From NCBI RefSeq assembly GCF_018977255.1, contig NW_024704769.1, positions 2,914,001-2,978,000 of the forward strand: 64,000 bases of DNA, read 5' to 3'. The notes beneath the pieces are model-generated. The model was not told the DNA's origin, did not search any database, and saw only the letters and a list, made by a program, of their open reading frames with translations. Position numbers and translations under genes: made by a program. Below, in pieces: positions 38,563 to 52,302 of the stretch. Each line of letters starts with the position of its first letter. The first letter of the stretch is position 1. The DNA is from Callorhinchus milii. Its lineage: Eukaryota.

Positions 38563-41500
38563 ACACCTGCCTGCGGGTAGAGAACGTCTGGCAGGGCGTG
38601 AGTTACGCCTGAGTGTATGCGACGCTCTTTCTCGGCGATGTCGTGCTGAACGGCAAGTGGATTTGAGTGCGAATGGCTTTGCAGTCTGTCTGTCAATATC
38701 ACCTTGTGATGCTTCCCCTCAGGACATTGATGTACATCACTGCGCTGCAAACCAATAGATCATCCAACAGTAACAAATCCAACGCAACCGCTATAAAGAT
38801 GGCAATCCTTTCTTTCACATACGATACAAATACAAAATGACATTTACGCAGTGCCTTTCACGTCAGAAGGACGTTCCAAGGTGCTGGACGGTTAGGGATT
38901 TGGAGCTGGGGGTTGGGATCGGGAGGGGTTTTGGGCAGGGAGGCTGGGGGTAGGGGTGTGGACGAAGGCATGGTTGAAGAGGAGGGTCTTAAGACATGCC
39001 TTGAAGGAGGCAAGGGAGGGTGCGAGGCGGAAGGTCTATGGGTTGGAGTTCGAAAGGGTTGGGGGCAGTGAGGCTGAAGGCCTGACCGCCGATGGTGGAG
39101 GGGGTGTGGGGGCACATGGAGCAACAATAACAACAACAACTTGCATTTATGTACAGTCCTTCACGTGGGGTAGGACACCAGAGCACCCGAGCAGGCCGCA
39201 GCTCCTCAAGACGTGTGTGGAGGCATCCCTAAGGTACCTTTCAGACAGGCTTGGTGTATTCTGAGGTGCGTTGAGTTCAGACTAAGCCAAGGACTCTGTT
39301 GCCGCCTCGTAAACCCACTGCACTGTGAGTCTGTATTTATTAACCCTCGGCCCAGCTCTACCAGATTTTACAGCTTGAAGCCAGCAGCAAAGCCGAGGTC
39401 AACGAGTTCAAGAATTCAGCTCAATCATTGTTGTCTCTGTGAGGCCCTGCGTTCGTCTGAGGGCTCTTATCCGAATCATCTTCTCTACCCACATTAGAGG
39501 GTGTTTTCGTTTGCTCCAATACTGGAATTTCTTAGGAAAAAATAATGACCGTTAACATGTTCAGGATTGCTTTGAACATAGTTGCTTTGCAATCTGCTTT
39601 TCCTCAGTTTCCTTCCTTTTAATTTCATTTCGCACCCCTCCTCCCCACCCCCCGCCCAACGCCCCCTCCCCACTATCCACCCTCTCGCTCACACCCCACA
39701 CCCCCCAGACTTTTCCGGAGGGAAATGGAGTCAAGCTCACAGTCTCTGCCTGAAGACTGACAGTTCGGAAGGGATTGATCGCTTTCCCGGGGATGGTAAT
39801 CCCTTCAAACAAATAAATGGATAAAATCATAATAATTTGGTCAATCAATCCATGATCCACATGGACGTTGGGGACGTTGCTGTGCGCATTTCGCTGTATC
39901 AAATGCAAGGATTATTGTAAGCTCTGCGTGCACCCACTGGCAACACATGGATTGCAACGTAAACACTAGCCCAGGGGCAACGAAACAAGGCCAATTGTAG
40001 CTTGCCCATCACCACACCAGCTGAGATCCATCAAGCGAGGGATTAAATCTGGGACCTCACTCGGACCTCAAAGTGACTTTTATCATGGGAAAGACCGAAA
40101 ATTATTTCTGTAACAGCTGCTGATGTGTTACATTCCAAACCCAACCCTGAACGCAAAGAATTTGTAGTCTGCCAGATTTCATTCACCCCTTCCTCCCCCA
40201 CCCCCCTCCCCTCCCCTCCCCTCCACAGCTCAGTGGGAAATTGGGGGTGTGAGATGAGTGCAAAACTAGACAGACCTGCTGCTGTCTCTACCACTCACCA
40301 AATATCAGGCCAGGCTAGCTGCCAAGAGGCTAATGATAATTAATAATAATGATAATTCTTCCCTGTAACACAGCAGCTTATCACATTGGCTGCTGCATTT
40401 CACGCACAAAATACACAGTCAATTCACCTTACAGTGTCTCCTGTGAAGCGCTTTGAGACGTCTCGAGCTGCTATAACAACTGCAAGGATTATTATTATTA
40501 TAACCTTTTCCACTGAATGCCGCAAACGCCTCTGAATACACTTTGCCAGTAGAAATCACACAATGCAGATAATAATTGTAATAATAATCCTTAATAACAA
40601 TCCTTACATTCGATGCGGCACCTTTCACGTCAGGAGGGCGTCTCAAACCACTTCACTGTAAAGTGTAGTGACTGTGTTTTGTAGGCGAAAGATTATCGCT
40701 TTCACAGGTGCGGACTTCAAACTGAGGACATCAAAGAGGAGAGAGATTTACGCCCACTCACCTTTGAAAGTCATCAAAGGAGCAAAAAGTACAGGCTGGA
40801 CAAAATAGCACATGTGGACCCAAGAATCAAAGATGTGTCCTGAGGTCCACTAGCCAAAGGCCTAATGGTTCAGGTGGCCCGAGGTTGGGCAGGTATGAAA
40901 TGACCAGTGCTTTGTACACACTGAAGAGCATCAGCGTGCAATTCTACGCGGAGGTTGAATCTCGTTGTACCCCTTCTTTCAGCGACAGATGAATTATTTC
41001 ACAAAGGGTATAAGGCAGCGTTTTGAAACCACCGGTTTCCTAACAGGAATTATTGTGTAATCATTGAAGCTTTTAGTGCAATTCCCGATTTGCTGAGTTG
41101 ATCACTAACCAATGGCACCCGATGAACAATGTCGAGTGGTCAGATAAGGGTTGGATTGAATCCCATTATTATTGAGTCACTTGCTGTCTCACTATTTACA
41201 CTCAGGCACAAAGTATAGCCACAAAAGTGACTGAATAGGATATTAATAACAATCCTTGCATTCGATATAGCATCTTTTGCCCACAAAATACATAGTCAAT
41301 TCACTTTACAGTATATTCTGTGAAGCTCTCATCGAGACATCTCGAAGACGTGATAAAACGCTGAATCAAATGCAAAGGTTATTATTATCACGTCGTTGAG
41401 ACGTCTCAAAGCGCTTCAAAGATATACCGTAGCCTGAATTGACTGTACAATTTGTGGGCGAAACGCGGCAGCCAATTGCGCACGGCAGTCGCGGATTGAG

Positions 41501-43304
41501 TGGCCAAATTGTTTTCTTTTGGACAGGTTTATTACCAACCCTTGTAAAAGCAATCCGCCAATCGGCTCACAACCATGTTCCTGCTAACTGCTAGGCAAAC
41601 AGAGGAAACTTGCCCAAGGGATCAAACCCAGGTCCTCTCGCTTACACCGGTGCTCTAAACACTACGCTACAGGACTCCACGTAGAAGAAGCGTCAACAAA
41701 ACCCAGCGACTTCAGGAGATCAGGGAAGAAAGTTGGACGGTACTTTGTCTGAAATTAAAATCTTCTGAGCTCCTGGAGGTGGCTCAGTTGGTAGCACTCT
41801 CGCCTCTGTTTCAGAGGGCTGTGGGTTGGACCCCCACTTTGGGGAGTCTGAGCTCACGGTCTACGCTGTCCTTCGGTCGAGACCTTCTACCCATATTGCC
41901 TGTTCAAGTGGGCGTTAGAGATCCTGCGATGTCCCTCTCATTTTTTTTCTGCTGAAGGTGACGGGGTTCCTCATTTTCCTTCCTATTACCCGCGCCCATT
42001 GTTTGGGGATGTGGGAGCCCTGTGCAATACAAGTGCCCAATGATATAATCACGGTTTCCCCATGAAGAATCCCAGCACAATAGCGAGGAAATGCTGCAAG
42101 GAAGCAAGGGGACTCGGAATAATATTTTGCTTTCAGTCATAAAGAACCGGAAGATCTTTACTGCAGACCTAGTCTGTGTTGACTTAGCTGATCTTTGGCA
42201 GGCAGCGGAGCAGAGACTAAGTTAGCCTCTTAAACCCGACATTATGTCGATTGTATCTGCAGCTCACCCACTGGTGTGGGGAGGAGGGGGGTGGGGGGGA
42301 GGTGGGCCGGAGGGGGGCCGCGGGGGCCCTATCTGTCACAAAATTCACAGTGTGTGTGTGTTAAACGAGCGANNNNNNNNNNNNNNNNNNNNNNNNNNNN
42401 NNNNNNNNNNNNNNNNNNNNNNNNNNNNNNNNNNNNNNNNNNNNNNNNNNNNNNNNNNNNNNNNNNNNNNNNNNNNNNNNNNNNNNNNNNNNNNNNNNNN
42501 NNNNNNNNNNNNNNNNNNNNNNNNNNNNNNNNNNNNNNNNNNNNNNNNNNNNNNNNNNNNNNNNNNNNNNNNNNNNNNNNNNNNNNNNNNNNNNNNNNNN
42601 NNNNNNNNNNNNNNNNNNNNNNNNNNNNNNNNNNNNNNNNNNNNNNNNTTGTTGCAATTTTGGCTTTTCTGCTGATTCAACGAGTTGCCTCAACCTATCG
42701 AATGGAAACTTCAGGGTCAATGCAGCTCACTTGTCTGCCTGTGCTTTGTGTGGTCTTTTTTAGTGTGCGTATGTGCAACTTGTATTGTAAATGGGGTCAC
42801 AGAGTCCGTCTGTCAGATCTGAGTCGTGTCGTTTCCAATGTGGGATAAACTCAAACACCCGTTGAGTTTCCATCGAGATCCCAAGGCTCCACAATGCATT
42901 CCACCCCCGAAGCACGTTCTGTCAGCGCCAATACTTTCCCCGTCTCCAGAATTGATTGAACTTGCAAATAGAGCTGTGTTGTACCGAGGATCAGACATTG
43001 TGTTCCGCTCAAATGGACCTTTGCACAACTCTGTCCGCTGGGAGCCTCCAGGGCTTGAACTATCAAGGGCAGAACTCAATGCCTCCCATTGTCATCTGAG
43101 CTTGTAGGGACGAACCCTTGGGCAAGTTTCCTCTGTTTACCGAGCCTGGCGCTCGAGTGTAGCGCTGGGAGGAAGCAGTGCATTAAATAACAATAATAAT
43201 AATCCTTGCATTTGATATAGCGCCTTATCACGTCTTCGAGATGTCTCAAAGCGCTTCTGAGAATATATTGTAAAGTGAATTGACTGTAGATTTTGTGGGC
43301 CAAG

Positions 43305-44584
43305 TGTTAAAGGAGCTGTACCAAATCCAAAGATTGTTATAAGACCTTCCCAGTCTCACACAAATCAGCGACAGCTAGCTGTTGGGAAAAATGAATCCCG
43401 GGTTTGATCAAAAAAAACTCGACAAATACCAAACATGGGGGTGACACACCTTTTAATGCTTTACTTCGATACCCAACAGGTCATATCAATCATAGAATAC
43501 AAAGAAAAGTAAATGATCCAATAAGCAATACTAGAATCCAATGATTATATCAAAGTAGAATGATTATAATTGACCATATTATATTAAAAACACATTGGTT
43601 ACATGCAGTTAAGAAATACTCCTATCACCAGTTTAAAGGAGTCAGCAGCAGCCGTTCTTGGTCTGCCCTCTCTTGAGTCCGAGCAGCTTAGTGATGTACT
43701 CACAAACTTATGGTGTCCCTCTGATCTCTGCTCCCGGACTGACTGTCTCCCTTTAACAAAACCCTTTTTATCCAGGTTTTGGGGTGTTTTTTTCCCAATT
43801 TCTGTTTATGCAGGAGGTCCATAAGGTCGGCTTCAACCTTGATGGATCAAGGATACATCTGTCTCCTAACCGCTACTCTTCCAGCTTGCTACTTCCTTTC
43901 TTACTCATGAATTCATACTAATTGGTCTAGTTATGATGAGCAATCTCCCGACTATGACATGTATCCTGGACCAAAGTTACCTGGTTTTCTTCCGTTTTCC
44001 CTCCTTGTGCCAACGTACGTACGTTTTGAGCACACGTCTGTGTATATTACCCCGGCGAGTGTTCCTCTACTCTTCTAATTGCTTCTTTTGAGATTCTGTC
44101 TGACTGTTATCCTGATTCATTGCTGACAACCCCCAACATGCCCCATCTGAGAGCACTAAATTGGTACTTCCTTCAACATCCTGCTGATTCTCCACGATCA
44201 TCAATTAAACATATGGATTAACACAGAAAAGAAAAATCCGTTTTATCGTAACCCTAACATACATTTTATATTGATACCGTTTTCATACATCCTCTTCTCC
44301 CAACAAACTGTAGCTAACCATTTGTTTACAGTCGATCCCAGCTGCCCACTTGCATAACAACACTAATAGCATGCTGTAAAAAGCTCCCAGTAACATCTAC
44401 GTTGTACAGAGTTCCGTGCGAAGCTATGGGTTATAAATCTAGAGGTAACACAGCACTTCTGGGACACACAGGGCATTGGAAATTACTGACCCTGTGTTAT
44501 TTTAAGTCACTATTCCTCAGCTTCAATCTTTCCCAGGAACAGGAATGAACAGGATTGGAGTTGGCGTCAGCCTATACCCTTTCA
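43305..44584 (-). mobile_element. Solo LTR (probable class I/ERV1-type)
   Basis: Minus strand starts TGAAAGGG and ends CCTTTAACA (TG...CA, imperfect inverted termini). Flanked by the 4-bp direct repeat CAAG (43301-43304 and 44585-44588). TATA-like GATAAAAA (~43770) precedes ATTAAA (43452-43457). Confidence 0.7.
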
Positions 44585-47500
44585 CAAGACGCTCTCTGCG
44601 CTTATTCCTGTGCGGAGTCCTGTAGCGTATTGGTTAGAGCACTCGCCTCGCAATCCACGATTGTTTTTTATGGGACACTCCTGGGCGCAATTGGTTGCTG
44701 CGTTTCGCGCACAAAATACAGTCAATCCACTTTGCGGTGTATCCCGTGAAGTGCTTTGAGACGTCTCAATGACGTGATAAGGCGCTGCATCAAATGCAAG
44801 GATTGTTATTGTGCAGGACTGAGCAGTGGAACCCACACAGCGCAAGGAGTCCAAGGGAGTATGGACAATAGTGCATCCTGTCAACATCGATCATACACTC
44901 GTTGAACTCACTCATGATGCTACGTGCATTATTTACAGTACTCCTTGCTATCAGGGGACCCGATTGTCATACCATCGTTGAGCTCAGTCATGGCTGGCTG
45001 GGTCCAGCTGTTAGTAGCTGTCAGCTTCAGTCGCTGTCTGCAACGCTATCACTCCAGCCTGTAAATAAGGCTAGCTGGCCTTTCACAAGGGATAAGTAAA
45101 CCTCGTCTGTAAACATGCTGTAATCGCAAGCGCAGACCTTCATTTCATTTTAAATGCAAATACGCTGCCGAGATTTCTCATTCATCCCGAATTAAAATGC
45201 CACCACAATAATTAAGTGTTTTGGGACTTTTGAGTTGAAAGCGTTAAGGTGACGAGTGATAAACCGAGCCCCGCATAACCTGTCATTGAAATAATATATA
45301 CAGGAATGTTAGACCCAGTAACACCCAGCTTTACACCCAGCAACTCAGTTTGTTATTATTGTACACAATATATACAATCATAGAATCTTACAGCACAGAA
45401 GGAGGCCATTCGGCCCATCATACCTGTGCCAGCTCTTTGAAAGAGCTACCGACTAGTCCCACTCCCCCCCNTCCTCTTACCCCATAGCCCTGCACATTTT
45501 TCCTCTTCACCCAAACAACAACAATTTACATTTACACAGCACCTTTCACGTCGGGAGGACGTCCCAAGGCACTGGACAGTCAAGGATTTGGGCCTGAGCT
45601 GGGGATCAGGAGGGATGGAGGGCAGGGAGGGTGGGGGTAGAAGGGTGACCCAAGGCGCGGTCGAACAGAAGGTCTTGAGACGGGCTTTGAAGGAGGCAAA
45701 GGAGAGGGCGAGGCGAAGGGACTGAAGAAATTTCCAAAGGGTACGGCGGAGGGAACAGACGAGTGTGTATGGAGTTAGCACGTCACAGAGGTAGAGAGGA
45801 GTAAGGCCTCACGTGATCTTGTGGCAAGTGAGCGGAATGCTCTTCACAGCTGAGGAAACTGCACAGTAAACGTGGCCTCGATGCAATAAGAGCAGTGAAT
45901 TGGGCGTAGGGTTTAATTGAGGGGAGCAAGCAACGTTCCCTCGATGACGCCAAGGGGAGTTTTCGAACAATCGATCCTTTGTGAAGGAGAAATGTTCAGC
46001 GAAGCTGGCAATGCAGGGAGACGGAAGCAGGGATGGCCTTGTATAAGTGAACAGGCTTCGATGGAAATTACGTTTTTATACCGGAGAATACTTTGGGTCC
46101 ACCTCTGTCCAGTTTGCATTGCATAAATCAGTCACTTACTTAACAGGAGCACATTGCAGTGCGAAGAGAATTCTGCAGTGTGAGGAGCACCGATGGAGTG
46201 TGTACATTGAAGCGTTTGCTTTTTATATATTCTTTTAGAAGAGAGCTTCTCCCACTTTGTGTCCTGGCCAACAATTCCCCCCCCCGATAAAATTGGTCAT
46301 TGACTTCACGATTGCAGATTGGCTGCACTTACTGTAAATCCTGTGAAACGCATTGAGACACAACTACTACTAACAATAATCCTTGCATTTGATGTAGTAT
46401 CTGATCACGTCCTTGAGACGTCTCAAAACTCTTCACAGAATATAGTGTAAAGTGGATTGACTCTATATTTTGTGGGCAAAATGCAGCAGCCAATTGCGCA
46501 CAGCAGCGCCCCACAAAGAGTCTTGGATTGAGTGACCAATTTATCGGTGGTTGTTTGGAATGATTGTACAAAGGCGTAAAGCGCTTTGAGACGTCCTTCC
46601 AACATGGAAGCCCTACATAAATGTTTGTCGTCTACATCAATAGAACTTGCCTCATTACCGATGGGTAGCACTGAGAATTTACTGTGCGGATGGGAAGTGC
46701 TTTGGCAGAGTTGAGTTGAGGAACGAGAGCTTGGCTTCACTCCGGAGCCTGAATTAATCATTACTCCCCGCGGGGCAACGGTAACTGAGATAAAAGGAGC
46801 GGTTGCAAAACGTTACCCAATACTGTTTCAGGGTTTGAGGCAATCGAGTGGTCAAGGCAGTTTGTTATCATTACACCAGAAGTCAAGTCTGCTTTCGGGT
46901 CAGCCAGAGTGTGTACACATGCACCCAAACTGTTCGATGACTGACTGGAGAATTCTAATTCTCCCTGAGGTCTCTTGGCTCGGGGGGAAGGGGAGGGAAA
47001 CAAAATTCCACCAAGTCCTTGCCCGTCAACCCTTTTTTTTCCATCTTAAAATTTCAGAATTTTGGGCAAGCAACATTCCTGAATTCAAAGCTTTCCTATT
47101 AAGCCTTTGCGGAGTCCTGTAGCGAAGCGTTTAGTGTACTCGCCTTGCAAGCGAGAGGGCCCAGTTTCGATTCGTGGCCAGGACGAAATGTTAGGTAAGT
47201 TTCCTACTGTATACACACGCCTCTGTTTGCCTAGCAGTGAGTATTTGGGGGATTTTATTTGGGGGATCATCAACGGATGGGGAACGACCATTCTACCTTG
47301 ATTTGCAAGCTGATGATCCTGCAGAACTCGAAAGGATTTTCAGAATTGAGGAATTCAGGCAACCGGGGAGAATTGCTTTGCGCACCTGAAATGTGCACAC
47401 ATGCAATCATTGAGCAGGGTCACTGATAGCGATCAGTAGTTAATCATGAGCTTCAGTGAGATGCTTCTCCCGAACCTTGGGCCGTTGACATATCTCGTTT

Positions 47501-47702
47501 CCCCAGGGCCAACCCAGCCCAAATCAACCTGCTCACACCACATTTTCTTTCTGTCGCCCTGGTTAAAGGGATCTTGTTTAAATCTTAAGACAGCGACTGC
47601 TGCTCTAGCCTCTGGTAGTGGAGACGGGGGAGTTGGAGAGCAACTGCTGCACTGTTCGGAGGTGACGTTCTTCAGATGAGACATTAAATCAAGGTCCTAT
47701 TT

Positions 47703-47991
47703 CAAGGGTCGGTAACCAAGGGACAAAGATTCAAGATAATTGGCAAAAGAACCAGAGGGGAGATGAGAATCGTTTTTACAGTGGTTAAGGTCTGGAATGC
47801 ACTAACTGAAAGGCCGGTGGAAACAGATACGCTATCAACTTTCAAAAGGGAATTGAATAGGAAAAACTTGCAAAGGTATAGGGGAAGAGCGGGGGAGTGG
47901 GACTGGATGGGTAGCTCTTCCAGAGAGCCAGCAGCAGGCACGATGGTTTGAACGGCCTTCTTCTGTGCTGTAATATTCTATGATTCTATGA
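47703..47991 (+). mobile_element. CR1 LINE 3' fragment
   Basis: FTVVKVWNAL...VETDTLSTFKREL ORF2 end and (ATTCTATG)n tail; shorter inverse pieces at ~45375-45500 and 56560-56690. Confidence 0.8.
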
Positions 47992-48304
47992 CCGTGCTTC
48001 CATTGTGCAAGTTTCAAAGATCATCCAAGGTCAAACAAATAGGTTGCTTCACTGTTGTAAGTTATTAACTCAGACATGTTATGGTCACGTGGGGAGATCA
48101 GGTGTCAGAGCAGGAGGCAAGGCTGTTCTATTTTTGAATCCAATTGCGCAGACCAAAGCCTCTGATTCTCTCCAAAGCAGACCAAACCAAGTAGGATCCT
48201 CAACTTAGTTTAGGAGTGAGATCTCTCTCTCCCTATTGTATCTATATATATATATAAAATGTATATACATATTAATAAAAACACTTTGCGGCCAGGTATT
48301 AGAA

Positions 48305-48692
48305 TAACAATAATCTTTGCATTTGATACAGCGCCTTATCTTGTCTTTGAAACGTCTCAAAGCGCTTCACAGAATATATTGTAAAGTGAATTGACTGTGT
48401 ATTTCGCGGGGGAAATGCAGCAGCCAATTGCGCACAACAGCGTCCCCACAAACAGTCGTGGATTGAGTGACCAAATTATTATTATTTTTAAATTTATGGA
48501 ATTGCAGGGATTGTTACCCCCGGAAAAGCGATCTGTCAATTGACGAACAACCGAGTTCCTGCTGACAGCTGGTAAACCGAGGCGTGTGTGTGGAGTAAGG
48601 AAACTTGCCTAATGTTGCACCACGTCAGGAAGCGAACTCTGGTCCTCTCGCTTGCGAGGCAAGTGCTCTAACCACTGAGCTACAGGACTCCA
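48305..48692 (-). mobile_element. Full-length tRNA-derived SINE
   Basis: Same consensus, from head GGAGTCCTGTAGCTCAG to tail. Confidence 0.88.
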
Positions 48693-51600
48693 AGGCATGG
48701 GCATAGGCCATTCAGCCCAACTAGTCCGTGCCGGTGGTTATACACGAGCCTCACAACTCCTATTCTCCTCTTGTCCCTCGTGTGTATGTGTGTGTGTGTG
48801 GTGCGTGTGTGCGCGCGTCAAGTTTCCTCTTAAAAATACAGAGGCATATCTATCCAAGCAGAGAATGTTGGAGAGCACAGAACTACAAAACATAACACAC
48901 TTTATTGAAAAGACACTTGAATATATATATCAATATATAAAAGAGAGACTTTGCACGATTAAAGTACTTTGGACCACACGGGACATCTCTGCCGGTTTCA
49001 AACCGCCATCAGCTCCTTGGAAAAAAACACAAGACGTTGATCTTAGGCACTCTGTTTACCTAGCAATACGTAGAAACCCACTTGTTAGTTGATTGGCGGA
49101 TCGCTTTCCGGGGTTAATAATCACTCCGAAAAAAAAAAAATTTGGTCACGGAATCACAACTGTTTGTGGGACGCTGCTGTGCGCAATTGGCTGCTGTGTT
49201 TCTCGCACAAAAATACAGTCACTCCATTTTCTGCGAAGCGATTTTTGAGACGTCTCAATGACGTGATTCGGTGCCGTATCAAATTAAGGATTGTTATTGA
49301 TTGCATTTATATAGCGCCCTTTATGGAGGGAAGCGTCTCAGACCCTTTTGTGGTGCGATACTGAGCCACACTCTGTGGTGCTGGCTGTGCGGAGAAGACT
49401 ATGTTTAAATAAACTGAAAGGTGCTGAGTGGAGAGGAAAAAAAAACTCCTGTCTGGAGCAAGAGAGCCACAACGCGAAAAAAAACAACAGATGTTTTAGC
49501 CCGATTACCACAAAGAAAATGGTTGGATGTTATAAGTAATGTCAATTGCAAACAAAAGAACATGCAACTATCCATGACTGCTCTGCACATCCACACGAGA
49601 TCCAAGCCTTACGACAAACCCTTTCCCTGGGGATCAGTCAATGATCCTTTTCACTTCGATTTAAAACACGAGCCAAGGTAAACATGATCTCTCTCTCTCT
49701 CTCTCTCTCTACTCTGCTATTGTGTTTCAGCTGAATCATCCAATGCTTAAAATCTGCTCAATGCCTCCTGCAGCCTTAAGATTGGTAATACAAATCTCGC
49801 TGCACTCCCCAGCCTTGACATATGTAATGATCAACCGGTACCGTTCCTTGTGAAGGCGAAACACCGCACCAGACTGCATTATGGTTGTTGGACTGAAAAC
49901 TGTCACTGCTTGATAAGTGGGCACTGAGACACAGCACGCCCTGCGCTAGTTTGGCAATGATGGGTTTACTGGGCACTGACAGCGTACCGTCTGGCACAAC
50001 CTGCATTTATAATAGCGCCACTCAGGCAGGATAGCGTCCCAGAGCGCTTGACCGGCAGTGAGACACAGCATGTCCTGTTTCTGACTGGCAATGGTATGTG
50101 AGTGGGCGCTGACACAAAGCAGACCCTGTACTAGACTGGCACTGGCAGATATATAATATAATACGGTGCTAAACGAGGTCTGAGACCACAGCATGCCCTG
50201 TTCCTTGCTGGCAATAGTAGGTTCGCGAGCACTAAGACACAACCTGGACTGTATTCTTCCCAAATTAAAAACCACATAACCCCGCAGGTTCAAAACAGGA
50301 ATGGTTTAGGCACAATCTCAGACACAATCTCCTGACATATTCCAACAATCGGTCATGTGTGACCTTCGGACCTGTTAGCCAAGAGGCACTTATTTTCAGA
50401 ATCGCAGGGACTATGAATAGGTCACAGAGATTCTTTACCCACAACACTGGAATATCCGCCTACACTGTGAACTCAAAGTCCTAACGTGGGGTTTGAACCC
50501 ACAACCTACTGGCTCAGAGGCGAGAGCGCTACCCACTGAGCCAGGCTTTTCTTGCTTTCATTGCGGACCGGACGCACTGGAAATAAATCAATGGCATTTA
50601 CGTGCCAACGACTTCTATATTATAGCGTTCCCTATTCACGTAAAGCTTTCTTGAATCCAGACCCTCAAATAACTCACAGCAATAACGTCGCCTGGTCTCG
50701 TGGAGCTGAAACTATTCTCTACAGACGCAAATGGGAGGGCCGAATCTACGGGTGCACTGCAGGGGGGTGTTATTTACGGCTCAAGTGGACATGTTACAAA
50801 AATATCACTCATCCATCATTCTGCTCACTGAATGCTAACGGCAGCACTCAATATGCTTTCTCAGACTTTACGTCTGACCCTGGCAAAGGGCTCAAACCCA
50901 CACTTGTCGAATTTCATACAACCAACTGGTGACTTTACTTGGGAGGGGTGGTTGGGGTGGGGGGGGGGGAGTGGGATCTCCTCGAAGCTGAACTGGCGCC
51001 AAGGTGACATGTTTGGCAATGGAATGTCGTAATCGAGCCAGCCCTCTGTGGCGGTCTCGGTGGTCTGGTTCCTGAGCCAGGCCGGTCCGCAGTACTCCAG
51101 GGCACTGCTGATGGCAGACTGTCGGAATGTAATGCACACACTCTCTCCCTGGAGCGACATATCATGCTTACGTCTGGCTCGTCGGCAGGACCTGAAGGGA
51201 CAGACCAGTGCCAGACCAGGGAGCAGAGAATCATCCCACTCAGCTCCTGTTAACCCTGCAAGCCAACGCCCTAACGGGTGGAGTGGTCCCAGCTGGACAA
51301 ACAGCGGGAAAGCTTGCCAGACAGCGATAGCAATGGAAAGCTATGCGGTTTTAGCTGATTGGACTCCAGCACAGTGTCACACGTTCTGACAGAAGGTCAT
51401 CGACCCCTGAAACGTTAACTTACTTTCCTCGCTCCACAGATGCTGTGTGACCTGCTCAGCGTTCCCAGCGACTTCTGTTTGTTGGTCTTTTCTAATAGTG
51501 TCGTGAGAGCGTTCACTTCCACTTGAAAGTGGAGCACCTCTCAACAATTCAGCCCTCCCCCCAGCCCTGAGTTGGGGGTTTAAACTCAGGGTGAGTAGGC

Positions 51601-52205
51601 TACCAATCGAGCCAGGCTGACAAGGGTATTTTCAAGGTGCCACATCACAGTTTGCCGATCTGCAAAGGTTACACGATTCTGTAATTTAATCTTTCAGTCA
51701 GGAAGTCATGTGGGTCGATTGAATGACACGTTCTGTCTGTTAACCCAACCTTCTACACTGGAGCAAATCTTCAGCTTTGTTATAATCAGCACCGCTAGAC
51801 ATCTCCGTAAAGTCATACGTGAAGGGATGGGGGGAGAAAGGGAGGGATTGCACGAGTCAGCTCTGCAAAATACTGACTCCATTTTAAGAAAAACAGCATT
51901 GCAGACACCACTTGAACCTAATGATAACACTTGCATTTGAAGGGCAGCTGTTTTATCGCATGGAAACAACGAAAGCCTTAAAGGGTCTCACAAAGGCCTC
52001 ACTTGTAACCCAGTTGGGGTGGTGGGGGGGGGAGAAGCAAGGACAGGGGACATGAAGTGGGACAGGAAATCCCCACCACCACCACCACCAATTCAACTTC
52101 AACCTTGCGTGGAATTGATCTATGTCACGTCGAGCGGTTATCTTTGAGAAGCAAAGTACTTGGCACATCTGGAGCAAAGCTTCCCTTACCCCACCCGCTC
52201 AGCAC

Positions 52206-52302
52206 TCATATCAACTGCACCGCACCGCTTGCTACGAGAGGGGCAATGGTTCTGTATCGCATCAAATGCTGGGACCCTTCATCCAAATCGATAGCGTACT
52301 CT
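52206..52302 (-). CDS. GINS4: GINS complex subunit 4 (SLD5), last coding exon
   Basis: 97 nt; EYAIDLDEGSQHLMRYRTIAPLVASGAVQLI*. Confidence 0.96.

Noticed and set aside
42813-43107. Unique-looking segment with short ORFs on both strands
   Set aside because: No recognisable domain or convincing splice sites.
43305-43758. Apparent 9-bp terminal inverted repeat (TGTTAAAGG/CCTTTAACA) suggesting a MITE
   Set aside because: No TSD at these ends; the larger 43305-44584 solo-LTR model with the CAAG TSD fits better.
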